A stretch of 64,000 nucleotides of DNA from a bacterium. GTDB lineage: Bacteria; UBA4055. The translations under genes were made by a program, and so were the position numbers. Positions 38,240-45,159 of this stretch are shown one piece after another (the stretch's first letter is position 1; every line of letters starts with the position of its first letter). Below the pieces are notes generated by a model. It was not told the origin of the DNA and made no database searches. It was given only the letters and a program-made list of their open reading frames with translations. The DNA is taken from contig JAKQBN010000030.1 in the NCBI GenBank assembly GCA_029559475.1, positions 10,756 through 74,755 of the forward strand, given 5' to 3'.

Positions 38240-38277
38240 TAAAAAAAGCCGCTGAACCCGAGGGTCCGGCGGCTTAT
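38240..38277 (-). terminator. Attenuator terminator in the thrS leader
   Basis: Minus strand AAGCCGCCGGACCCTCGGGTTCAGCGGCTTTTTTT, a GC-rich hairpin with a U-tract, ~30 nt before the thrS start. Confidence 0.9.
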
Positions 38278-38305
38278 TAACAAACCGTTTTTAGATTATG
38301 TTAAA

Positions 38306-38386
38306 TTATACCAACCCCCTCCGGGTTCGAAACTCGTAGGTGGTCGTGGTCAGTGCGATTCCTATATGTCGTAAATTAATTTTCAT
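38306..38386 (-). CDS. Thr-rich attenuator leader peptide MKINLRHIGIALTTTTYEFRTRRGLV (26 aa, not in ORF track)
   Basis: ATG...ACC ACG ACC ACC...TAA read on the minus strand, lying between a promoter and a terminator upstream of thrS. Confidence 0.87.
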   Translation of the reverse strand: MKINLRHIGIALTTTTYEFRTRRGLV

Positions 38387-38415
38387 TTTCTTACTTTTTT
38401 TTTAATTCCGACCGC

Positions 38416-38444
38416 AAATTACTACAATTATTTTTTATTGTCAA
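38416..38444 (-). promoter_or_regulatory. sigma70-type promoter of the thr leader/thrS
   Basis: Minus strand TTGACA-N17-TAATTT, ~30 nt upstream of the leader ATG. Confidence 0.75.
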
Positions 38445-38461
38445 GCGATAAAACGATCCGT

Positions 38462-39427
38462 TTATTTATACTCATTTAGCTTGCTTAATAATTCAACAGC
38501 CTCGATCCCGAACTTAGAAAATCCGAACCATTTCTTTCCAAGATCTTTTAATGATGCACCGAAATGATACACATCCGAGTCGTCAATAATTATAAATCTG
38601 TCGTGCGATTTTTTGAATATTCTTATTTCAATCGGAAAATACTGCTCGCTGAATTTTTCTATGTCAAGTTTTAGCTGTGGTGAAACCGATTGAGTCAGGA
38701 TCGTTACTTTTACATTCTTGTTTACTTTTACGAGAAGAACCAGAACAGTATCGTCAATATAATTGTCTATGATCAACACCGATTTCTCAGCTCTTCGAAA
38801 CAAATCAGACACAAACTTGTATGCATCGAATATCTGACCGTCAAAGAATATCCCTTGCTTTGGCTGTAATTCCTTACTTTCAAGCGCATTGAATAGTTTA
38901 TCTAATTTAATATCATTTTCAATCAATTTTACTTCAACTCGATCCAATCTCTGAAATACTTGAGCATTTGACTGTATGAATTTACGCATCTCGACAAATG
39001 CTTTCATAATTTTCACACTGATTATTATTGCCGTTTCGCTCCTTAATACAGCTGATAACATTGCAACACCCTGTTCTGTGTAAACGAATGGCAAATATTT
39101 TGTGTGCCTACCTTTTGCATCCTCTATGATCACAATTTGTGATCTTAAAGAGTTCTTGTGCCTATTTTCGCTCTTTATACAAGATTTTATATTTTCATAT
39201 TCTGATTCATCAAGTTGGAAACAAAAATCATCAGGAAACCTTTCCTTGTTCCTTTTAACAGCCTGATTAAGAATCCTTGTCTCCACTCCGTAAAGTTCAG
39301 CCAAATCTCTATCCAGCATCACCTGATATCCCCTAATAGAATAAATCCTGTCTCGGATTACCCCCTCATCAAATTTTTCCAATTCATTACCTGTCATAAA
39401 TAATTCTCCCGATAACATTTTAGGCAA
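38462..39427 (-). CDS. ORF6N-domain (KilA-N-like) DNA-binding protein with C-terminal PLD-like domain
   Basis: IRGYQVMLDRDLAELYGVET, NQAVKRNKERFP, PFVYTEQGVAMLS; C-terminal HDRFIIID...GASLKDLGKK. Start codon uncertain. Confidence 0.87.
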   Translation of the reverse strand: MPKMLSGELFMTGNELEKFDEGVIRDRIYSIRGYQVMLDRDLAELYGVETRILNQAVKRNKERFPDDFCFQLDESEYENIKSCIKSENRHKNSLRSQIVIIEDAKGRHTKYLPFVYTEQGVAMLSAVLRSETAIIISVKIMKAFVEMRKFIQSNAQVFQRLDRVEVKLIENDIKLDKLFNALESKELQPKQGIFFDGQIFDAYKFVSDLFRRAEKSVLIIDNYIDDTVLVLLVKVNKNVKVTILTQSVSPQLKLDIEKFSEQYFPIEIRIFKKSHDRFIIIDDSDVYHFGASLKDLGKKWFGFSKFGIEAVELLSKLNEYK

Positions 39428-39488
39428 TATAACACGAGAAGAGTGCCATCTAATGGCACTCTTCTATAAAATATGAATTATTTTTTTA

Positions 39489-40109
39489 TTATTTTACGAG
39501 AGGTATCTCATCTCCGAAAACATCGAAAATTTTTATATCATTGTCTTCAAATCCGTGATACTCGCTTCTGAACAGAACCCAGACCATAAAATCCCTGAAC
39601 TCTCCTTCAAAAGCCGTATTGACCCTCTTCCTAATACATTCCAGATTAAAACCGAGCTTTTTTGGGACATTCTGACTTTTCTGATTTTCGGGAACACATT
39701 TGATCTCGAACCTGTCTATTTCTTCATTCATGAAACCGACTTTGATCAGCGCTTTTGAAATTTCCGTGACTATACCCTTTCCGCATTCTTCCTTATCGAT
39801 CCAGTATCCGATCTCGTAGGCATACTTACCGTTGTGAGTATGAAGTCCCGTACCGCCTATCACTTTAGATTCGTCCCTGTTAAAGATACCATACACAAAA
39901 TCCTTTGAAGCATCGAAATTCGACCTGAACCTGCGCAATATCTCAATCCTGTCCTCAACAGTAAGAGGCTCTTTATGTACGAAGGGCATAAATTCTTTAA
40001 GATGATCCACATTCTTCGTGATCGAAGCGTGAAGCAGCTTCGCGTCAGCCGGATTCCAGCATCTTAGAACGCATCGCTTTGTTTCAATTCTATAAGATGG
40101 ATATTTCAT
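39489..40109 (-). CDS. RimJ/RimL-family GNAT N-acetyltransferase
   Basis: IETKRCVLR, IGGTGLH, EIGYWI, GKGI and N.KS..VPKKLGF motifs. Probable start MKYPS with GAGG SD. Confidence 0.87.
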   Translation of the reverse strand: MKYPSYRIETKRCVLRCWNPADAKLLHASITKNVDHLKEFMPFVHKEPLTVEDRIEILRRFRSNFDASKDFVYGIFNRDESKVIGGTGLHTHNGKYAYEIGYWIDKEECGKGIVTEISKALIKVGFMNEEIDRFEIKCVPENQKSQNVPKKLGFNLECIRKRVNTAFEGEFRDFMVWVLFRSEYHGFEDNDIKIFDVFGDEIPLVK

Positions 40110-40187
40110 TTTTACCTCTTTGCGCCATTTTTTAACATGACTAGTCAACAGATTTCTTGTATATATAGACTGGTGTGATACACAATT

Positions 40188-40544
40188 TTATTTGTGATTG
40201 AACTTAGTAAAATATTCGTCAATTTCTGGCCTTAATTCAATTCCTACTCGCTCAAAGATGTCCAACAAATCATTATAAGTACCTTCGCCACCTAAAAAAT
40301 CCCAGAATTCATGAGCTACTTTTAATTCATTCTCAAGATCAAGCATACCAGCCATAGTCCATCTGGTATACGGTTTCGGCTCATAAGGATTATATGGAAT
40401 TGCAATTAAAGTATTTACATTGGCTTGAGGATTATCAGCAAGTACGCAAGCAGTCCATTGAAGTAATGTTCTTTTAAATTCAATAAATCCGCCTTTATTA
40501 GGCTTTGCAGTTTTTATATCGAATAAAAATAATTCTCCTGAAAT
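40188..40544 (-). pseudogene. TdeIII-family type II restriction endonuclease, 3' fragment (not in ORF track)
   Basis: Minus-strand translation SGELFLFDIKTAKPNKGGFIEFKRTLLQW...IAIPYNPYEPKPYTRW...EFWDFLGG...FNHK*, in frame with the 5' fragment once the insertion is removed. Confidence 0.9.
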
Positions 40545-40569
40545 AGTGACATTTGTCCCTTCGCGAAGT
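40544..40569 (+). repeat. Left terminal inverted repeat
   Basis: TAGTGACATTTGTCCC-TTCGCGAAGT versus the reverse complement of the right end, TAGTGACATTTGTCCC-CTGAGAAGT. Confidence 0.92.
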
Positions 40570-40606
40570 GTTATATTACAAATATAAGGCTAAACTGGAG
40601 GGGAAA

Positions 40607-41452
40607 ATGACAAAAAAGGAAACAGAGCTTCAAAGATACATAGATAAGACAAGCGAGGGAGAGTTTCTGTACGAGTTGGCAAATTCGTATGAGCTCTCCC
40701 CGATTTTAAGTAAAAACATCCTTCAAACAGCCAAAACCTGCCTTCTCCAAAGCAAAGTACTTCAAGCCGGACAGATAGAATATCACTGCGTAAGTATCGA
40801 TGAAAAAAGCGGGAAGCAGATGCTTGATATGAGCAAGATAAAAGTTATTCTGACTCTAAAGGACGAAATCGAAGATATAACTACTTTAAGCGTGGAAGGC
40901 AGAAGCGTATATCGTCAGAATAAAATTCAAAGGATGACTGATGAGGCTATAGCGCAAAACGGCATATTAAGTCAGGAAGATCTTAGTATGCTGCTGAATG
41001 TAAGCGTGAGAACGATCAAGCGTGATATTCGTAGAATAAAGATCAGGAATATTGAAGTGATCACCCGCGGGACCTATCACAATATAGGAAGGGGACAAAC
41101 GCACAAGACACGAATAATCAGCCTATTTCTTGAAGGATGCACATATACTGACATCAAGTGGAAAACGCATCACAGCACAGGATCAATCAAGAGGTATCTT
41201 GATAGCTTCGGAAAAGTTCTGATGTGTGTGGAGTATGGTATTAAGGACAAGTCAGAGATACGATCTGTAACAAATCTGTCTGAATATCTGATATGCCAGT
41301 ACCTGGATATACTCAAATCTGCAGAAAAAAGTAAAGTGAAATCAGAAAACTTGGATATGCTTAAACAGCAACTGTCATATAGATATGGTTCAAAAAAAAC
41401 GATCGTTTACGATGGTCTGAGAGCGGAAGCTACGACAGGAGGCTGGAAATGA
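40607..41452 (+). CDS. DUF1670-like HTH protein A
   Basis: EAIAQNGILSQEDLSMLLNVSVRTIKRDI...TRG...IG.G.THK...HS...KRY pattern. Start moved to ATG 40607 (GGAGG SD) because the ORF-track TTG start lies inside the inverted repeat. Confidence 0.85.
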   Translation: MTKKETELQRYIDKTSEGEFLYELANSYELSPILSKNILQTAKTCLLQSKVLQAGQIEYHCVSIDEKSGKQMLDMSKIKVILTLKDEIEDITTLSVEGRSVYRQNKIQRMTDEAIAQNGILSQEDLSMLLNVSVRTIKRDIRRIKIRNIEVITRGTYHNIGRGQTHKTRIISLFLEGCTYTDIKWKTHHSTGSIKRYLDSFGKVLMCVEYGIKDKSEIRSVTNLSEYLICQYLDILKSAEKSKVKSENLDMLKQQLSYRYGSKKTIVYDGLRAEATTGGWK

Positions 41453-42246
41453 ATCTGAACAATATACGGGACAGATATGAAAGCATAAACAAACGGAACT
41501 TCAGATCAGCTTTGATAAGCCTTTTAGAAAACGATTATAAAATTTTAGGATCAAGAAAAATCTTATCCATGCTTGCAGAGGACATTGAACAGCTTTATAA
41601 CGAATTTAATCCTAAAATATCTGAAGTCGGCTTTGGTGAGATCGTATTCAGGACAACAAAAGATGATGGTCAAAGACAAAGTTACGGTAAGAAGACAGAA
41701 GATTATGCGTCAACGACAGTGATACTGCCATTGATAACAAAAGATGATGTTGAGCGCAGAATTTATTTCCGCAAAGGCGACAGAAACAGTAATTACGAGC
41801 ACAGAGAGTCAAGGGACATAGAAACTATGGTAAGGCTAATCAAAAGCGCAAAGGAGCAAGGCGGATTACTCACCGGAGCGGAAGTAAGTGTTCTGATGAA
41901 CAGAAGCCTCAGTACCATCAGAAAATATCTTGATGCTTACAGGAATAAAACAGGTGAAATACTTCCGCTGAAAGGATATGTGCTTGATCAAGGCAGCCTG
42001 CCTACTCATAAAGGCATAATCGTATCGCTTTATGAGCAGGGAATATCTCCGTCCGATATTGTTTTAAAAACTTCACACAGCCAAAGCGCGGTTGATCGCT
42101 ACATCGGGCAATACGATCAGATTAAGAAGCTCATTAAAAAAGGTTTAAATGAGCGTGAAATTAAAGATATTACGAGAAGGTCATTGAAAATCATCAGAGA
42201 ATATGTTAAATTGTATAAACAATTAAATCCGGAAGTGAAAAAATGA
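41449..42246 (+). CDS. DUF1670-like HTH protein B
   Basis: Paralog of A: SAKEQGGLLTGAEVSVLMNRSLSTIRKYL...KG...DQGSLPTHK...HS...DRY. AGGAGG SD; ATGA overlap with gene A. Confidence 0.85.
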   Translation: MNLNNIRDRYESINKRNFRSALISLLENDYKILGSRKILSMLAEDIEQLYNEFNPKISEVGFGEIVFRTTKDDGQRQSYGKKTEDYASTTVILPLITKDDVERRIYFRKGDRNSNYEHRESRDIETMVRLIKSAKEQGGLLTGAEVSVLMNRSLSTIRKYLDAYRNKTGEILPLKGYVLDQGSLPTHKGIIVSLYEQGISPSDIVLKTSHSQSAVDRYIGQYDQIKKLIKKGLNEREIKDITRRSLKIIREYVKLYKQLNPEVKK

Positions 42247-42276
42247 AGATTATTTACTACCGCGCTTCGCTTGCTT

Positions 42277-42301
42277 ACTTCTCAGGGGACAAATGTCACT
42301 A
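42277..42301 (-). repeat. Right terminal inverted repeat
   Basis: ACTTCTCAG-GGGACAAATGTCACTA; the outer 16 bp are perfectly complementary to the left end. Confidence 0.92.
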
Positions 42302-42729
42302 ATGTAAAAAGATTCAAGCATGACATCTACTTTTGTAGCCTTAACAACTTTCATCTTACCTTTCTGGCAAACTTTTCTTATCGCATTGATTTCTTCGGGT
42401 TTACAAGGTTTTACATTTGCTGCGGTTAAATCATCCATAATATCTTGAATTACTCTTTGAGCATCTTCACTGATATTAACACCAGCTTTAGCTTGTGCCG
42501 TTGCGTTTTTGAAATTTTTACTGGCTAATGCGAGTGCGACAGGTTCAAATATGCTGGTACCAAAATTTGTATTCAATGATTGAATAAAAGAGAACAATGC
42601 GATCCTGTCACTGCCTAGTAGTCTTGTATGGAACGGCATTGAAGCTGGTTCTGGATTATAATTTTTGAATTTATGCCTCAAGCTATTTCTTAAGACATCT
42701 TCTATTTGTTTTATTTGATTACTATCCAT
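42301..42729 (-). pseudogene. TdeIII-family type II restriction endonuclease, 5' fragment
   Basis: MPFHTRLLG.DR.ALFSFIQSLNTNFGTSIFEPVA...KVDV. Truncated by the element; lies directly downstream of a DNA methyltransferase. Confidence 0.88.
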
Positions 42730-42762
42730 TTCAAGTTATCTCAAGTAAGTTAGGGTTTAGAA

Positions 42763-44388
42763 TTACTTCCTCTTCAAGTGAAATATTATTTCCGAGTAGG
42801 CACTTTTATCTCTTTCGGTACGGTTGAGCACTGGTCTTTTGAACTGATTTACAATTTTCATATCTGCATTATCTGCGATAGTTGGATATAAATTATATTT
42901 ATCGTTTGCTACGAGAAACACATCATAATCCTTTACAAAGTACTTTTTTACATTGTTCAAAACATCGCTTATGCCTTTAACATAGCTATCTTTAGCTTCT
43001 CGGCCTTGACCTTTGAAAAGAGGTCCGATTTCAAGCTCGTCATTCCTGTCGAATCCGAAAAGATCATAAGCGTAGGCATGCTGTTCATGATAATCAATTA
43101 AACCTACATAAGGAGGTGATGAAAATATCCCGTTTATTTTCTTTTTTGAAACAAGTTTTGAAAATTCAGGATCCAATTTTTTTAAACCGTTGACTATATC
43201 AATCGTTCTGCTGTCACCGGTCAGGCAAGTATGAAATGTTTCTTTTTTTAGCTTTGAGTAATCTTCTAAGCGCTTTACAGTGTCTTTAGCGTATCTTTCC
43301 CACCAGCTCAAAATTGAAAATAAAGGTTTGCATATTTTACCGTGTTTTGAACAGTAATATGTCGTCGTTACAGGCTCGAAAAGAGTTGCAAGATCTGCAT
43401 GAGTAGTTGCTCTGCAACTTCTGATAGTCCTGCTTAATATTACGCTTACAATTTCTTTCGTATCCGAATTAGCTATTTTCTTTATCTCATTGTGCACTAT
43501 TTCAATTTCTTCTCTGATGTGCTCAGAATACCATTTGTCGAGAAATGAGCCTTCTTTGCTTTGTCGCTGCTTGATTTTATACTCAGCTACTAATTTTTTG
43601 AAGATCGGTAAGAACTCTTTTTCTTTTTCAGCTCCATAAGTATCTTCATCTACCATTTTACGCTTAATATTGTAACGGTATTCTGGAGACGGAAAATGTT
43701 TTAGATTAAAATCATATAGCTCGTGTAATAATTTTTCTTCAAATTCTACAGTATGATTATCTTTCAAGAATAATTTTAGTTTTTTAGAAATTTCGCTTAT
43801 AACTTTTAGCACTTCATCATAGTTATAGTCTTTAACTTTACATTTAGCTATCATAGAATTGAATGCTGAAACATCAATCCCTATTGAATGGATTCCAAGT
43901 TCGCAAGCTTGTACCATTGTAGTGCCGCTGCCTGAAAAAGGATCGAGTACTATATCACCTTGTTTGAAGTAAATCTCTTTTTTGAAATCATCAACATGCG
44001 CGTCTAAAAAATACTCAACCAGTTGAGGTATAAATTTTCCTTTGTAGGGATGTAATCTGTGAACATGTTTTGTTGTGTCTGATTCTTTATACTGATCAAA
44101 TGACAATGCCCAATTAAGATCATTTCCAAGTTCTTTTTTCCATGTATCTACTCTGGATTCCTTAAAACCCGCATAATATTCGGCAAGCTCTTCTTTAACA
44201 ACCATAGTCGATCCATTTTCGCCAATTTTTTTTATTCTACCGTACTGGACTAAATAAGATATATTTGAAGGTGTTACATTTTTCCCTAGTAAATCTGAAG
44301 CCCAATCGCTTGCTTCCTTTATTGACAATAATTCTGACATTTTCTTTACCTGCTTCATGTGCAATTTATCTGTCTTTTCAATCTTCAT
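42763..44388 (-). CDS. Site-specific DNA methyltransferase (N4-cytosine/N6-adenine family) with N-terminal HTH
   Basis: HRLHPYKGKFIPQL, VLDPFSGSGTT (SAM motif), FSSPPY (catalytic motif, typical of m4C enzymes). Alternative start at 44340. Confidence 0.9.
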   Translation of the reverse strand: MKIEKTDKLHMKQVKKMSELLSIKEASDWASDLLGKNVTPSNISYLVQYGRIKKIGENGSTMVVKEELAEYYAGFKESRVDTWKKELGNDLNWALSFDQYKESDTTKHVHRLHPYKGKFIPQLVEYFLDAHVDDFKKEIYFKQGDIVLDPFSGSGTTMVQACELGIHSIGIDVSAFNSMIAKCKVKDYNYDEVLKVISEISKKLKLFLKDNHTVEFEEKLLHELYDFNLKHFPSPEYRYNIKRKMVDEDTYGAEKEKEFLPIFKKLVAEYKIKQRQSKEGSFLDKWYSEHIREEIEIVHNEIKKIANSDTKEIVSVILSRTIRSCRATTHADLATLFEPVTTTYYCSKHGKICKPLFSILSWWERYAKDTVKRLEDYSKLKKETFHTCLTGDSRTIDIVNGLKKLDPEFSKLVSKKKINGIFSSPPYVGLIDYHEQHAYAYDLFGFDRNDELEIGPLFKGQGREAKDSYVKGISDVLNNVKKYFVKDYDVFLVANDKYNLYPTIADNADMKIVNQFKRPVLNRTERDKSAYSEIIFHLKRK

Positions 44389-44437
44389 AAACGTTTCTAA
44401 TTTACTCTAAACAAGTTGTTTTTACAAACAAAATTCC

Positions 44438-44620
44438 TTATTTATTTTCAAGTATTGTTTCATTTATAGAAGATTCTATAGCATCAAACCAATCTATTTT
44501 TTCTGCAATCACATCTTTTATCTTTAAAATTTCAGACGAATTTAATTTTCTTCCCAATACTTCTTCAGATACATTCTGAACATCTTCATCTGTTAATTCA
44601 TAAACAACATTCTTTCTCAT
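44438..44620 (-). CDS. Small acidic hypothetical protein
   Basis: 60 aa ORF co-oriented between ispF and the MTase, with a GAGGAG SD-like sequence upstream. Confidence 0.6.
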   Translation of the reverse strand: MRKNVVYELTDEDVQNVSEEVLGRKLNSSEILKIKDVIAEKIDWFDAIESSINETILENK

Positions 44621-44650
44621 ATAGATATTAACTCCTCATTTTTTTTCAAT

Positions 44651-45139
44651 TTATTTCTTCCTTACCCCTTTCTCCAACATGACCACAGCCTGAGCGGCGA
44701 TTCCTTCGCCTCTGCCTTCGAAGCCGAGTTTTTCGGTGGTGGTGGCTTTGACCGATATGTTTTTGATTTCAGTTTGGAGTAATTTGGCTATGACCGAGCG
44801 CATTTGGTCAATGTGGTCTTTGAGCTTTGGTTGTTCGCAGATGACTACCGCGTCGATGTTGTTTATTATATAACCTTCAGCTTTGATGAGCGCGTAAACC
44901 TTTTCTAAGAGTATTCTGCTGTCTATGTTCTTGTATGAGCTGTCGTTGTCGGGGAAATGTTTTCCGATGTCGCTCAAGGCTAAGGCTCCGAGCATGGCGT
45001 CCATTATTGCGTGGAGAAGCACATCCGCGTCCGAGTGGCCGAGCAGTCCTTTTTCATAAGGAATTTCGATCCCGCCGATAATGCATTTTCTGCCTTCGAC
45101 CAGCTTGTGAACATCGTATCCTATACCTATTCTGTACAT
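44651..45139 (-). CDS. ispF: 2-C-methyl-D-erythritol 2,4-cyclodiphosphate synthase
   Basis: [27 protein letters not shown] and [19 protein letters not shown] motifs. Confidence 0.97.
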   Translation of the reverse strand: MYRIGIGYDVHKLVEGRKCIIGGIEIPYEKGLLGHSDADVLLHAIMDAMLGALALSDIGKHFPDNDSSYKNIDSRILLEKVYALIKAEGYIINNIDAVVICEQPKLKDHIDQMRSVIAKLLQTEIKNISVKATTTEKLGFEGRGEGIAAQAVVMLEKGVRKK

Positions 45140-45159
45140 AGATCCCTCTTAAATTAAAA

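Larger units (their letters stand above)
40545..42300 (+). mobile_element. IS-like element with terminal inverted repeats encoding two DUF1670-like paralogs
   Basis: Left (T)AGTGACATTTGTCCC and right GGGACAAATGTCACT(A) are perfect 15-16 bp inverted repeats. AAT flanks both ends. The element interrupts the REase gene. Confidence 0.92.

Noticed and set aside
33486..40148. Integron cassette array (co-oriented small genes including aac(6'))
   Set aside because: Most spacers are 13-30 bp, too short for attC. The longer ones are explained by a terminator, the attenuator or promoters.
40553..40606. TTG start for element gene A
   Set aside because: It lies within the terminal repeat and upstream of the predicted promoter; ATG 40607 has a GGAGG SD.
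42250..42300. C-terminus SDICPLRSKQAKRGSK of the 159-aa ORF as genuine protein
   Set aside because: It is read-through into the element's right inverted repeat. The real continuation is at 40188-40544.
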